Shown here: positions 8,628-19,279 of the stretch, piece after piece
Layout: each line of letters begins with the position of its first letter
How positions within the stretch are numbered: the first letter of the stretch is position 1
Assembly (NCBI GenBank): GCA_046704925.1
Contig: JBJKRD010000500.1
Span: forward strand, 1 to 36,313
DNA length: 36,313 nt
From: Opitutaceae bacterium
Lineage (GTDB): Bacteria; Verrucomicrobiota; Verrucomicrobiia; Opitutales; Opitutaceae
Direction of reading: 5' to 3'
Program-made: the position numbers and the translations under genes
Notes under the pieces: generated by a model
The model's input: only the letters and a program-made list of their open reading frames with translations
Told to the model about the DNA's origin: nothing
Database searches by the model: none

Positions 8628-8647
8628 AAAAGCCTGCCCTTGCAGGC
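8628..8647 (-). terminator. Weak candidate terminator after gltD
   Basis: On the minus strand the sequence reads GCCTGC-aagg-GCAGGC followed by TTTT (plus-strand arms 8632-8637 and 8642-8647, A-run 8628-8631). The stem is only 6 bp and the T-run is short. Confidence 0.35.
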
Positions 8648-8691
8648 CTTCGCCTCCTTCGGATTCGACGGTCGACCGGCCGTGAAACTCG

Positions 8692-10173
8692 TCACGGAAG
8701 GTCGGTCGACCCCATGAGGTACCGATCACATTCCCGCGCCGCTCCGCGCCCTTCGTTGATGGCCCAGACCACCAGGCTTTGCCCCCGCCGGCAGTCGCCA
8801 GCCGCAAAAACGCCGGGCAGATTGGTCACATACTGCTCGTGCTCCGCCTTCACGTTGCTGCGGGCGTCGGTCTGCACGCCGAGCTCTTTGAGCAGCGGCT
8901 GTTCGGGCCCGAGGAAACCCATGGCCAGCAGCACGAGCTGGGCGGGGCGGGTCTGCTCCGAGCCCGGCACTTCCTTGGGGACGAACTGACCCTTCTCGTT
9001 TTTCGCCCAAGTGACCTCGACCGTCACCAAATCCTTCACGCGGCCTTGGGCATCCGCCCCGAACCGTTTGACGGTGGTGCAGTAAATCCGGGGATCCGCC
9101 CCGAACTTCGCGGCGGCCTCTTCCTGACCGTAGTCCAGGCGATATACTTTCGGCCACTCGGGCCAGGGGTTGTTGGCCGCCCGGTCCGCCGGCGGCCGCG
9201 GCAGGATCTCGATCTGGAGCAGACTGCGGCAACCCTGCCGCATGGCGGTTCCGACGCAGTCCGTGCCGGTGTCACCGCCGCCGATCACCACCACGTCCCG
9301 GCCGGCCGCGTCGATCGGGCTGGCGCCGTTGCCGGCCAGCAAAGCCTTCGTGTTGGCGGTCAGGAAATCCATCGCGAAATGCACCCCTGGCAGGTCGCGA
9401 CCCTCCACGGGCAGGTTGCGCGGCTGAGTGGCGCCGACGCAAAGCACCGTGGCGTCGAACTCCTTGAGAAAAATCTGCGGCTCGACGTTGTCGCCGACGT
9501 GGGCATTGCAGATGAACTTGACTCCCTCCTCCTCCATGAGGTGGAGCCGGCGCAGCAACACCTCCCGCTTGTCGAGCTTCATATTGGGGATGCCATACAT
9601 CAACAAGCCGCCGGGGCGATCGGCGCGCTCGAACACGGTCACGGTGTGCCCGGCAACGTTCAACTGGGCCGCCGCGGCCAGACCCGAGGGCCCCGAGCCG
9701 ATGACCGCGACCTTTTTCCCCGTGCGGACCGCGGGCGGTCGCGGATTCACCCAACCCTCCTCCCATCCCCGCTCGATGATGCTATACTCGATGTTCTTAA
9801 TGGTCACCGGCGGATCGGTGATGCCGAGCACGCAAGACCCCTCGCACGGCGCGGGGCAGACCCGCCCGGTGAACTCCGGGAAATTGTTGGTCTTGTGCAA
9901 GCGCTCCAGCGCCTCCTGCCAGAGCCCGCGATAGACCAAGTCATTCCATTCCGGAATGAGGTTGTGGATCGGACAACCCGAAGCCATCCCGCTGATCAAC
10001 CTGCCGGTGTGGCAGAACGGGACGCCGCAATCCATGCACCGCGCCCCCTGGCTGCGGAGCTTTTTCTCCTCCATGTGGTGGTGAAATTCCGCCCAATCGC
10101 GCATCCGCTCCAGCGGGGTGCGGTCCACGGGAATCTCCCGCAGGTATTCAATGAATCCAGTCGGCTTGCCCAT
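8692..10173 (-). CDS. gltD: Glutamate synthase (NADPH) small subunit
   Basis: From the ATG at 10171-10173: [32 protein letters not shown]..., with the Cys cluster [10 protein letters not shown]...CP and CPAPCEGSC, then [14 protein letters not shown] (FAD/NAD fold), [13 protein letters not shown] and [19 protein letters not shown]. It starts 40 nt downstream of the gltB stop. Confidence 0.95.
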   Translation of the reverse strand: MGKPTGFIEYLREIPVDRTPLERMRDWAEFHHHMEEKKLRSQGARCMDCGVPFCHTGRLISGMASGCPIHNLIPEWNDLVYRGLWQEALERLHKTNNFPEFTGRVCPAPCEGSCVLGITDPPVTIKNIEYSIIERGWEEGWVNPRPPAVRTGKKVAVIGSGPSGLAAAAQLNVAGHTVTVFERADRPGGLLMYGIPNMKLDKREVLLRRLHLMEEEGVKFICNAHVGDNVEPQIFLKEFDATVLCVGATQPRNLPVEGRDLPGVHFAMDFLTANTKALLAGNGASPIDAAGRDVVVIGGGDTGTDCVGTAMRQGCRSLLQIEILPRPPADRAANNPWPEWPKVYRLDYGQEEAAAKFGADPRIYCTTVKRFGADAQGRVKDLVTVEVTWAKNEKGQFVPKEVPGSEQTRPAQLVLLAMGFLGPEQPLLKELGVQTDARSNVKAEHEQYVTNLPGVFAAGDCRRGQSLVVWAINEGRGAARECDRYLMGSTDLP

Positions 10174-10213
10174 CGTGGTAAGGCGGGGTGTCGGTTGATC
10201 GGCGTTCGGAAAA

Positions 10214-13200
10214 TCAGTTGCCGCCGACGCGCGCCGCGTCGCGCGCGTTTTCTTCAAAGGCGACCATGACAGCTTCATCACCCGCGAGGCCCTGGGCCCG
10301 GGCCCGGTCGAGACAGGCGAGCATGCGCTTGTAATCCTTGGGGATGATCTTGACGAATCGCGGCACCAGGTGCTTCCAGGCGCCCAACACCTGCTGCGCC
10401 CGGGCGCTCTTGGTGTAGGCGAGGTGGCGTTCCACCATGGCCCGGATGTCCGCAATCTCGGCGGGATCCTCGAGTTTTTCGATATGGACCATCTGTGGGT
10501 TCACCTGCCGGGGAAAATCGCCGCGCTCGTCCAGGACGTACGCCACCCCCCCCGACATCCCGGCGGCAAAATTGCGCCCGGTCGGGCCGAGCACGACCAC
10601 CCGGCCTCCGGTCATATACTCGCACCCGTGATCGCCCACCGCTTCGACGACCGCGTGAATGCCCGAGTTGCGCACCGCGAAACGTTCGCCCGCCATGCCG
10701 CGGATGTACACTTCGCCGCTGGTGGCGCCATAGAAGGCCACATTCCCGACGATGATGTTTTCCGACGGCACAAAGGTCGAACCGTCGGGCGGGTAGACGA
10801 TGATTTTCCCGCCCGAGAGGCCCTTGCCGATATAGTCGTTGGCGTCGCCTTCCAGGACAAACGTCATGCCCCGGGTCATGAAGGCCCCGAAGCTTTGGCC
10901 CGCCGATCCCTTGAAGTGGATGCGAATGGTGTCGTCGGGCAGCCCCGCGGCGCCCCGATTCCGGGTCACCTCGCCGCTGGTGATCGTGCCCACCACGCGG
11001 TGAATGTTGCGAATGGGCATCTCGGCCACGACCTTTTCGCCCCGCTCGATCGCGGGCCGGCAGCGATCGAGCAGCGCCGTGAGATCGAGGGACTTCTCGA
11101 GACCGTGGTCCTGGGAGATCTGGCAATACTGGCCGATTTCCGGGCCGACATCGGGCTGGTAGAGAATATTGGAGAAATCGAGCCCCCGCGCCTTCCAGTG
11201 TTCGACCGCCTTCCGCGGCTCCAGCCGATCCACGTGGCCGACCATTTCGTCGACCGTGCGGAAGCCCAGTTGGGCCATGAGTTCGCGGGCTTCTTCCGCC
11301 ACGAAGCGCATGAAATTGATGACATGTTCGGGCTTGCCCGTGAACCGCGCGCGCAGCCGCGGGTCCTGGGTGGCGACGCCGGCGGGGCAGGTGTTGAGGT
11401 GACACACCCGCATCATGATGCAGCCGGTGGCGACCAGCGGGGCGGTGGCGTAGCCGAATTCCTCGGCGCCCAGCAGCGCGGCGATGATCACATACCGGCC
11501 GCTCTTGAGCTGGCCGTCGGTCTCGACGGCGATGCGGCTGCGCAGGTTGTTCAGGACGAGGGTCTGGTGGGTCTCGGCCAGCCCAAGCTCCCACGGCAGC
11601 CCGGCGTGCTTGATCGAAGTCTGCGGCGATGAACCGGTGCCGCCGTCGTGACCGCTGATCAACACGACATCGGCGTGCGCCTTGGCGACCCCGGCGGCGA
11701 CCGTGCCGACGCCAACCTCGGCGACCAGCTTCACGCTGATGCGCGCATGCCGATTCGCGTTCTTGAGATCGTGGATCAACTCCGCGAGATCCTCGATCGA
11801 ATAGATGTCGTGGTGGGGCGGCGGCGAGATCAGCCCCACCCCGGGCGTGGTGGAGCGCACCTTGGCAATCCACGGATAGACCTTGCTGCCGGGCAGTTGC
11901 CCGCCCTCGCCGGGCTTCGCCCCCTGGGCCATCTTGATTTGCAGCTCCTGGGCATTGACGAGGTACTCGCTGGTCACGCCGAATCGCGCCGCGGCCACCT
12001 GCTTGATGGCGGAATTCTTGGAGTCCCCGTTGGGCATCGGCTCGTAACGCCGGGGGTCCTCGCCGCCCTCCCCGGTGTTGGACTTCCCGCCGATCCGGTT
12101 CATGGCGATGGCCAGCGTGTCGTGCGCCTCCTGACTGATTGAACCGTAGGACATGGCGCCGGTCTTGAACCGCTTCATGATGCGCCCGGCCGGTTCGACC
12201 TCCTCCAGCGGGATCGGCGTGGCGGGCTTGAACTCCAGGAGGCTGCGCAACGTGCAGAGATTCCGCGACTGTTCGTTGACCAGCCGGGCGTACTCCTTGA
12301 ACACCTCATAGCTGCCGGTGCGCACCGCCTTCTGCAGGCGGTGGATCGTCTCGGGATTGAACAGGTGAAACTCCCCGTCGTCGCGCCACTGGTACTGGCC
12401 GCCCGCGGGCAGCACATGCCCGTTGATCTGGCGTTCGGGGTAGGCCGCGTGGTGGCGGGCCAGCACCTCCTGCGCGATGACATCCAGCCCGATGCCGCCC
12501 ACCCGGGAGGGCGTCCAGGTGAAGTAGTGATCGACCACATCCTGGCGCAGGCCGACCGCCTCGAAGACCTGCGCACCCCGATAGCTCTGAATCGCGGATA
12601 TGCCCATCTTGGACATCACCTTGATCACCCCCTTGGACGCCGCCTTGACGAAGTTCTTGCATGCCGTCTTGTGGTCGATGTTGGTCAGCAGTCCCTCGCG
12701 GATCATGTCGTCGATCGTTTCGAAGGCGACGTAGGGATTGATCGCGCTGCAACCGTAGCCGATCAGCAGGGAAAAATGGTGCACTTCGCGGGCCTCGCCG
12801 GTCTCCAAGACGAGACTGACGCGAGTCCGAAGTCCCTCGCGGATGAGATAATGATGGAGGCCCGCGATCGCCAGCAACGCCGGAACGGGCGCGAATTCAT
12901 GGGTCACTCCGCGGTCGCTGAGGATGATCACATTGATCTCGTCCTCCTCGATCATCCGTCGCGCCATGACGCACAATTCCTCCATGGATTTGGCCAGACC
13001 CTTTTCGCCCCGCGTCACCCGGAAAAGAATGTTGAGCGTGCCCACCTTGAGCCCGGGCAAGTCCATCCGGCGGATCTTGGCAAACTCCTCGTTGGTCACC
13101 ACCGGCCACTTGAGTTCCACGCGCCGGCAGGCCGACGGCTGGGGGTGGAGCAGATTGCCTTCGGAACCCAACCGGGTTTCGGCTGAAGTTATGATCTCTT

Positions 13201-14845
13201 CGCGGATGCAGTCGATGGGCGGATTCGTAACCTGCGCGAACAGTTGCTTGAAATATTCGTAGAGCAGACGCGGCTTGTTCGACAGCACGGCCAGGGCGGC
13301 GTCATTGCCCATGGACCCGACCGCTTCGACCCCGTCGCGCGCCATCGGCGCGAGGATGATGCGCTCGTCTTCGTGGGTGTAGCCAAAGGCGATCTGCCGC
13401 TGCAACAGCGTCTCGTGGTCCGGCGGCGGAACGTGCGGTGGCTCCGGCAGGTCCGCCAGATGCACCAGATGCTCGTTGAGCCACTGGCGATACGGAAACT
13501 GGGAGGCGATCTTCGCCTTGATCTCGGCGTCGTCAATGATGCGCCCTTGTTCGGTGTCGACCAGGAACATGCGGCCGGGCTGGAGGCGGCCCTTCAGCAG
13601 CACCTGCTCCGGCGGGACCTCGAGGACGCCGGCCTCGGACGCCATGATGACCAGATCATTCTTGGTGACGTAATAACGGGAGGGACGGAGCCCGTTGCGG
13701 TCGAGAACGGCGCCGATCTGCCGGCCGTCGGTGAAGGCGATGGACGCCGGACCGTCCCACGGCTCCATCAGGCAGGAATGAAATTGGTAAAATGCCCGCC
13801 GGCCGTCATCCATGCTCTCGTGGTTCGACCATGGCTCGGGAATCATCATCATCATGGCGTGAGCCAGCGGCCGCCCGGCCAGGACCAGGAGTTCGAGGGT
13901 GTTGTCGAACATCGCCGAATCGCTGCCGTTGGGGTCGATGATCGGGAGAATCTTCTTCGTGTCCTCGCCGAACGCCTCCGACTGAAACAGCGCCTCCCGG
14001 GCGTGCATCCAATTGATGTTACCCCGGAGCGTATTGATCTCGCCGTTGTGCGCCAGATACCGGTAGGGATGCGCCCGATTCCAGCTCGGAAAGGTGTTGG
14101 TGCTGAAACGGGAGTGCACGAGGGCGAGCGCCGTCTCCATGGCCGGATGCTGCAGATCGGGGAAATACTCCTCCAATTGCGTGGTCAGCAGCATGCCCTT
14201 GTAGACAAAGGTCTTGAACGAAAGGCTGCAGAGGTACCAGAACTCGGCGCCGTCCAGGGTGGTGTTGCGAATCTCGTTATATGCGCGTTTGCGGATGACC
14301 AGAAGCTTGCGTTCGAAGTCCAAGTCATCGACCAACTCCGGGTTGCGCCCGATGAAGATCTGGCGGATGAACGGCTCGCAGGACTTGGCGGTTTCGCCCA
14401 AGGATGTGTTGTTCGTCGGGACCGTCCGCCAGCCCAGCACCGTCTGACCTTCGGATTGGATGATCTGCTCGAAGCGCTCTTCCAGCCGGCGGCGCTTGCT
14501 GAGGTTGCGCGGGAGAAACACCAATCCGCTGCTGTATTCTCCCGGACCTGGCAGAGCGACACGCGCCTTCTTGCACGCTTCCTTCAGGAAGGCGTGCGGC
14601 ATCTGGAACAGGACGCCGGCCCCGTCGCCGGTGTTGGGTTCGCTGCCGCTCGCCCCGCGGTGGTCGAGATTCTTCAGCACCTCCAGGCCCTGTCGCAGAA
14701 TCTGGTGTGATTTGCGCCCCTTGATGTCCACGACGAAGCCGACGCCGCAGGCCTCGTGTTCAAACCATGGGTCGTAGAGCCCCTGCTTTGGCGGGCAGCC
14801 CGGCGAGGGCCGGGGGCCATCAATGCGGTGGTTAGGTCGGTTCAT
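10214..14845 (-). CDS. gltB: Glutamate synthase large subunit (1543 aa)
   Basis: The Ntn-amidotransferase N-terminus ([15 protein letters not shown]) is followed by the central, FMN/Fe-S (GEGGEDP..., [36 protein letters not shown]) and C-terminal GXGXG beta-helix domains ([18 protein letters not shown]). Confidence 0.97.
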   Translation of the reverse strand: MNRPNHRIDGPRPSPGCPPKQGLYDPWFEHEACGVGFVVDIKGRKSHQILRQGLEVLKNLDHRGASGSEPNTGDGAGVLFQMPHAFLKEACKKARVALPGPGEYSSGLVFLPRNLSKRRRLEERFEQIIQSEGQTVLGWRTVPTNNTSLGETAKSCEPFIRQIFIGRNPELVDDLDFERKLLVIRKRAYNEIRNTTLDGAEFWYLCSLSFKTFVYKGMLLTTQLEEYFPDLQHPAMETALALVHSRFSTNTFPSWNRAHPYRYLAHNGEINTLRGNINWMHAREALFQSEAFGEDTKKILPIIDPNGSDSAMFDNTLELLVLAGRPLAHAMMMMIPEPWSNHESMDDGRRAFYQFHSCLMEPWDGPASIAFTDGRQIGAVLDRNGLRPSRYYVTKNDLVIMASEAGVLEVPPEQVLLKGRLQPGRMFLVDTEQGRIIDDAEIKAKIASQFPYRQWLNEHLVHLADLPEPPHVPPPDHETLLQRQIAFGYTHEDERIILAPMARDGVEAVGSMGNDAALAVLSNKPRLLYEYFKQLFAQVTNPPIDCIREEIITSAETRLGSEGNLLHPQPSACRRVELKWPVVTNEEFAKIRRMDLPGLKVGTLNILFRVTRGEKGLAKSMEELCVMARRMIEEDEINVIILSDRGVTHEFAPVPALLAIAGLHHYLIREGLRTRVSLVLETGEAREVHHFSLLIGYGCSAINPYVAFETIDDMIREGLLTNIDHKTACKNFVKAASKGVIKVMSKMGISAIQSYRGAQVFEAVGLRQDVVDHYFTWTPSRVGGIGLDVIAQEVLARHHAAYPERQINGHVLPAGGQYQWRDDGEFHLFNPETIHRLQKAVRTGSYEVFKEYARLVNEQSRNLCTLRSLLEFKPATPIPLEEVEPAGRIMKRFKTGAMSYGSISQEAHDTLAIAMNRIGGKSNTGEGGEDPRRYEPMPNGDSKNSAIKQVAAARFGVTSEYLVNAQELQIKMAQGAKPGEGGQLPGSKVYPWIAKVRSTTPGVGLISPPPHHDIYSIEDLAELIHDLKNANRHARISVKLVAEVGVGTVAAGVAKAHADVVLISGHDGGTGSSPQTSIKHAGLPWELGLAETHQTLVLNNLRSRIAVETDGQLKSGRYVIIAALLGAEEFGYATAPLVATGCIMMRVCHLNTCPAGVATQDPRLRARFTGKPEHVINFMRFVAEEARELMAQLGFRTVDEMVGHVDRLEPRKAVEHWKARGLDFSNILYQPDVGPEIGQYCQISQDHGLEKSLDLTALLDRCRPAIERGEKVVAEMPIRNIHRVVGTITSGEVTRNRGAAGLPDDTIRIHFKGSAGQSFGAFMTRGMTFVLEGDANDYIGKGLSGGKIIVYPPDGSTFVPSENIIVGNVAFYGATSGEVYIRGMAGERFAVRNSGIHAVVEAVGDHGCEYMTGGRVVVLGPTGRNFAAGMSGGVAYVLDERGDFPRQVNPQMVHIEKLEDPAEIADIRAMVERHLAYTKSARAQQVLGAWKHLVPRFVKIIPKDYKRMLACLDRARAQGLAGDEAVMVAFEENARDAARVGGN

Positions 14846-14970
14846 TTTCCAAAGGCCGGACAGCGCGTCTTACGGGTCGATGACACGCCAGACCGCGCAA
14901 GACCAGCCTGGATTGGCGTCGGCCCACCGGTCGGGCAGGCTGGCAGGTGAAGATCGATTGTCGATTGGCA

Positions 14971-15005
14971 TAAAAAAGGCCGGTCACGCGGTGCGGGAGC
15001 CGGCC
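14971..15005 (-). terminator. Rho-independent terminator after the glutaredoxin-like gene
   Basis: On the minus strand the sequence reads GGCCGG-ctcccgcaccgcgtga-CCGGCC followed by TTTTTTAT. The plus-strand arms are 14978-14983 and 15000-15005, and the A-run is 14972-14977. It begins 36 nt after the stop at 15042 and lies upstream of the gltB start. Confidence 0.7.
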
Positions 15006-15041
15006 CTGTGAAAACTTGGATGGTTTTGGCTGGGTGGCCCG

Positions 15042-15377
15042 TCAGAAGAAACGGATGGTTTTGGTCGCCATTTGGTCGTTCTCCGCATTCCCGCAACCCG
15101 CACTGGTCGCGTCCCCCACCGGCACGTCGTTGGGTTCAACCAGGCCGTTGGCCAACAGATAATTCTCGACCTCCTCTCCCGAAACGTCGGCGAGCATGAT
15201 CCCGTCGATCTCGACGCAGGGGGACAGTGGTTGGCCGGAACGGCGCAACATTTCCTCGTAGTTTTCGTGATTATTCACGATGTCGACGTCCTCGTACTCG
15301 AGATTGTATTTGCGCATGATCGCCCGGACCCCGCGGGACCAGCCGCACTGTGGCTTCAGATAGGCCCTGATCTTCAT
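15042..15377 (-). CDS. Glutaredoxin-family protein with a monothiol C-G-W-S motif and an extra C-terminal tail (111 aa)
   Basis: From the ATG at 15375-15377: MKIRAYLKPQCGWSRGVRAIMRKYNLEYEDVDIVNN...GQPLSPCVEIDGIMLADVSGEEVENYL. This is the thioredoxin-fold layout of small glutaredoxins, with the active-site Cys at residue 11 and the cis-Pro region at SPCVEIDG. The ORF-track 180-aa form adds an implausible N-terminus. Confidence 0.7.
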   Translation of the reverse strand: MKIRAYLKPQCGWSRGVRAIMRKYNLEYEDVDIVNNHENYEEMLRRSGQPLSPCVEIDGIMLADVSGEEVENYLLANGLVEPNDVPVGDATSAGCGNAENDQMATKTIRFF

Positions 15378-15539
15378 GCGAAAACAATGTGGAAGGACAA
15401 AGGCGGCGCAACTTATAGGTGCGATTCCCCGACAATCAAGAGAAAGGTTGGCTCTTTTTTGGGAGGGCGCCGCCAGCCGGCCGGCGGTTGAACGAGTTTT
15501 GCCTAGCGGCACCCCACCCTTTTGTCTAAACCCCGAACG

Positions 15540-16517
15540 ATGAAAGTGCTCGTCACCGGCGCCGCCGGATTCATCGGCTATCACGTCTGCCGCCGGTTGG
15601 TCTCGTCCCCCCGCTGCGAGGTGCTGGGGCTGGACAACCTGAACGAGTACGCCTCGATCGAATTGAAACGGGCGCGGCTGGCGCAGCTCGAGGGCTTGGA
15701 GGGGTTTCGTTTTGTCAAGGCCGACTTCGCCGATCCCGCGGCTTTTCTCGGCATCTTCGAGCTTTTTCGACCGGACTATCTACTTCACCTGGGGGCGCAG
15801 ACCGGAGTGCGGCACAGCCTCGAGCATCCCGAAGCCTACGTGCACAGCAACCTCGATGGGTTCGCCAGCGTCCTCGACGCCGTACGGCGTCACCCGCCAA
15901 AGCACGCCGTCTTCGCGTCCAGCAGCTCCGTCTACGGCGACGACCCGCGCGTGCCGTTTAGGGAGGAAGCCGGCTTCGGCCGCCCGTTGTCGTTCTATGC
16001 GGCCACCAAACAGGCGGGCGAGGCCATGGCCAGCAGCTACGCGCACAACCATGGCCTGGTCCTCACCGGCTTGCGGTTCTTCACCGTCTACGGCCCATGG
16101 GGCCGGCCTGATATGACACCGCTGCTCTTTGCCCGCGCAATCTGCGAAGGCCGGCCCATCCCGCTTTTCGCCGAAGGCCATTACCAACGCGACTTCACCT
16201 ACATCGATGACATCGTCACCGGCGTGCTCAAGGTTCTCCTGCACGTTCCCGCCGATCAACCTCGTCCCCCGTGGCGGGTATTCAACGTGGGCCGCGGGCA
16301 ACCGGTGGAGATGTCGCATTTCGTAGAACTCCTCGAGGCCAGCCTCGGCCGGACCGCGCAGGTCGAACTCCTTCCGCCGCGATCGACCGAGATGCCGCGG
16401 ACGTGGGCCGATCTCACCCGAATCCAGACGGCCGTTGGCTATGAGCCGAAGGTGTCGCTGGAAGAGGGTGTCCGCCAGTTCGTGGCGTGGTTCAAGCGTT
16501 ATCACGGGCAATCCTAA
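15540..16517 (+). CDS. NAD-dependent epimerase/dehydratase, UDP-glucuronate 4-epimerase-like
   Basis: From the ATG at 15540: [16 protein letters not shown] (Rossmann GxxGxxG), SSSSVYG and YAATKQAGE (the SDR catalytic YxxxK). Length is 325 aa. Stop is TAA at 16515-16517. Confidence 0.85.
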   Translation: MKVLVTGAAGFIGYHVCRRLVSSPRCEVLGLDNLNEYASIELKRARLAQLEGLEGFRFVKADFADPAAFLGIFELFRPDYLLHLGAQTGVRHSLEHPEAYVHSNLDGFASVLDAVRRHPPKHAVFASSSSVYGDDPRVPFREEAGFGRPLSFYAATKQAGEAMASSYAHNHGLVLTGLRFFTVYGPWGRPDMTPLLFARAICEGRPIPLFAEGHYQRDFTYIDDIVTGVLKVLLHVPADQPRPPWRVFNVGRGQPVEMSHFVELLEASLGRTAQVELLPPRSTEMPRTWADLTRIQTAVGYEPKVSLEEGVRQFVAWFKRYHGQS

Positions 16518-16678
16518 GGGGGGCGGCGACCCATCAGCGCCCGCGGCTGGCTGCTCTTTTCGTTTGCGCTGCTGCGCGCTTTGAGGAAGAAGAGCCGGAG
16601 CTTTCGCGGATGCCCCGCCTGATCCCGCGATCGCCCGCCATTCCCGGCAAACCATGCGTCTCCCGTCTCCTTAATCCC

Positions 16679-17761
16679 ATGTCCAAAGCCGCTCCCGCCA
16701 AAGCCTCCGTTCCGCCGAATCGCACCGAATCAACCACGGATTCGGGGCGGACCAAGAACATTGAACTGGCCGTATCCGCGATCACGAAACAGTTCGGAGA
16801 AGGTTCCATCATGCGATTGGGAAGCGCGACCCGCATGGTGGTGGACACCATCTCGACAGGTTCGCTCGCCATCGACCTGGCGCTTGGCGTGGGCGGACTG
16901 CCGCGCGGACGCATCATCGAGATCTATGGACCCGAGGCCTCCGGCAAAACGACATTCTGCCTGAGCGTGATCGCCGAGGCCCAACGCCGCGGTGGACTGG
17001 CCGCCTTCATCGACGTGGAGCACGCATTGGATCCCAAGTACGCCCGGATCGTCGGCGTCAAGTTGGACGACCTCCTCGTCTCGCAGCCGGACAGCGGCGA
17101 GGATGCACTCAATATCACCGAGACCCTGATCCGCTCGAATGCCATCGATGTCATCGTCATCGATTCGGTCGCAGCACTGGTCTCCCGGGCCGAGTTGGAT
17201 GGGCAGATGGGCGATGCCACGGTCGGCGCGCAGGCACGTCTCATGAGCCAGGCGATGCGGCGGCTGACTTCGGTGGTCAGCCGGACGAAATGCGTATGCA
17301 TCTTCACGAACCAGATCCGCGAAAAGATCGGGGTCATGTTCGGCAATCCTGAAACCACGCCGGGCGGGCGGGCGTTGAAGTTTTTTTCCTCGGTCCGGAT
17401 TGACATTCGTCGCAGGGACCAGCTCAAAACCCCTGATGGCCGGGTGGTCGGCAACCGCACCAAAATCAAGGTGGTAAAGAACAAGGTGGCGCCGCCGTTC
17501 ACGGAGTGCGAATTCGACATCATGTACAACGAGGGCATCTCCCAGAGCGGCTCGCTCCTCGACTTGGGGATTGAACACCGGATTCTGGAAAAGAAGGGCG
17601 CCTGGATTGCCTACGAGGGCGAGTTGATCGGGCAGGGCCGGGAGGCGGCCAAGGAGGCCTTGATGAAGGCTCCCGACCTCGCGGCCAAAATCAAGCAGGC
17701 CATCCTTGAACGCGTGAATATCACGGGCGGCACGGAGGTGACCGGCAGCGTGAAGGTGTAG
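16679..17761 (+). CDS. recA: Recombinase RecA
   Basis: From the ATG at 16679 the sequence reads ...[15 protein letters not shown]...[37 protein letters not shown]...[11 protein letters not shown]...IVIDSVAAL...[24 protein letters not shown]. Stop is TAG at 17759-17761. Confidence 0.95.
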   Translation: MSKAAPAKASVPPNRTESTTDSGRTKNIELAVSAITKQFGEGSIMRLGSATRMVVDTISTGSLAIDLALGVGGLPRGRIIEIYGPEASGKTTFCLSVIAEAQRRGGLAAFIDVEHALDPKYARIVGVKLDDLLVSQPDSGEDALNITETLIRSNAIDVIVIDSVAALVSRAELDGQMGDATVGAQARLMSQAMRRLTSVVSRTKCVCIFTNQIREKIGVMFGNPETTPGGRALKFFSSVRIDIRRRDQLKTPDGRVVGNRTKIKVVKNKVAPPFTECEFDIMYNEGISQSGSLLDLGIEHRILEKKGAWIAYEGELIGQGREAAKEALMKAPDLAAKIKQAILERVNITGGTEVTGSVKV

Positions 17762-17839
17762 TGGGTTGCGTTCCCGGCTTCCGCCGCCGAGGAACGTGCC
17801 CATGGTGCGCTTTGGCTTTGCTTTCAACGGCTGCCTCGT

Positions 17840-19210
17840 TTGCGTGGCAGCGTGGTGTATTTTGCAGACACGATAGCGGCCCCGGCCACGCCGGTCGGCA
17901 TATCCGCCCTGGGCGTTGTCAGGGCCAGCGGACCGCTTGCGGGCCGCCTGTTCGCGGGGCTGGCGTTCGAATCTCCCCGACCCCGGCAGGCCTGTCGGGC
18001 CGATTATCGGGATCAAGGTGGTAAGCTGATCGACGAAGTGATCTGCACCTTTTTCCAGACACCCAATTCGTATACCGGCGAGGACTTGGTTGAAATCAGC
18101 TGTCACGGTAACCCTTTTATAATAAAGAAGATATTAGACGACCTGCTGGTCAAGGGATGCCGCCTGGCTGAACCGGGAGAGTTTACCAAGCGCGCATTTC
18201 TCAACGGGCGATTGGACCTGAGCCAAGCTGAAGCCGTGGTCGATCTAATCCATGCCCGCAGCGACCGTGCGCTCGCAGTGGCCAATTTGCAGCTCCGCGG
18301 GGCGCTCGGCCGGCGTATCCAAGAGATGGTCGACCGCAGCGTTGAACTCCTTGCCCAAGTGGAAGCCTACATCGACTTTCCCGACGAGGATCTGCCGCCG
18401 CAGGACCGCGCCCGGTTGGCCCTTGGAGTGAACGGACTTCTGGCGGACACCTCGCGGCTTCTGGCGACGAACCACTACGGCGAAATTCTGCGCGAGGGCC
18501 TAAGGACCGTCATCATGGGCGAACCCAACGCGGGCAAGAGCAGCCTGCTAAATCGGCTGTTGGGTTGGGAACGGGCCCTGGTCAGCTCCGAGCCGGGCAC
18601 GACCCGCGACTATCTGGAAGAGCGCATCGCCCTCGGCCCACATAGTATCAAACTTACCGATACGGCAGGAATCAACATCGCCCCAGCTGCCCTCGAGAAA
18701 CGTGGCATGGCCAAGGCGATCGAACTCGCAACGGGCGCGGATCTGATTCTCCTGGTCCTTGACGCGACGCGCCCTTCCCCCTCCCTCACGGCCGACTTGA
18801 CGGGCCTTCTGGCGACGAAGAAGACCCTGACCGTCATCAACAAGATCGATCTCGCGCCCCACGGGCCCCTCCCGTCGCCGCCGACGAATTCAGAGGCACT
18901 CAAAATTTCAGCTTTGACCGGCGCCGGATGCGATGAACTGGTCGCGGTCATCCTCCGACACGCAGAGTCGTTCAGGATCGAACAAGGAGAGGATTTGGTA
19001 GCCGTTAACACCCGGCATTCGCATGCTCTGCGCCAGGCAACCGAATCCCTGCAATCCGCGGCCGAAAAACTCACATCTGGGGCCTCCGCCGATGAGTTGT
19101 TGGCGAGCGATTTGCGCGTGGCGCTCGATGCCTTCGGAGAAATAGGTGGCCGGATCGACAACGAACGAGTGTTGGACCATGTGTTTTCCACTTTCTGCAT
19201 CGGAAAATGA
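17840..19210 (+). CDS. mnmE: tRNA uridine-5-carboxymethylaminomethyl modification GTPase MnmE
   Basis: DTIAAPATPVGISALGVVRASG at the N-terminus, the G-domain GEPNAGKSSLLN...DTAG...NKIDL, and the C-terminal FCIGK motif (CIGK). The start is uncertain: the track start at 17840 is TTG, and in-frame GTGs at 17852 and 17855 are equally plausible. Confidence 0.9.
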   Translation: MRGSVVYFADTIAAPATPVGISALGVVRASGPLAGRLFAGLAFESPRPRQACRADYRDQGGKLIDEVICTFFQTPNSYTGEDLVEISCHGNPFIIKKILDDLLVKGCRLAEPGEFTKRAFLNGRLDLSQAEAVVDLIHARSDRALAVANLQLRGALGRRIQEMVDRSVELLAQVEAYIDFPDEDLPPQDRARLALGVNGLLADTSRLLATNHYGEILREGLRTVIMGEPNAGKSSLLNRLLGWERALVSSEPGTTRDYLEERIALGPHSIKLTDTAGINIAPAALEKRGMAKAIELATGADLILLVLDATRPSPSLTADLTGLLATKKTLTVINKIDLAPHGPLPSPPTNSEALKISALTGAGCDELVAVILRHAESFRIEQGEDLVAVNTRHSHALRQATESLQSAAEKLTSGASADELLASDLRVALDAFGEIGGRIDNERVLDHVFSTFCIGK

Positions 19211-19279
19211 TACCGTGACAATCCTTGAGGCAACTGAGGTAATTTCGTGCGCCAAGTGTGTATCATTTGATAAATAAAC

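Noticed and set aside
16518-16678. A LexA/SOS operator upstream of recA.
   Set aside because: I looked for palindromes of the CTGT-N8-ACAG, GAAC-N4-GTTC and TGTTC-N4-GAACA types and saw none in the 161-nt leader.
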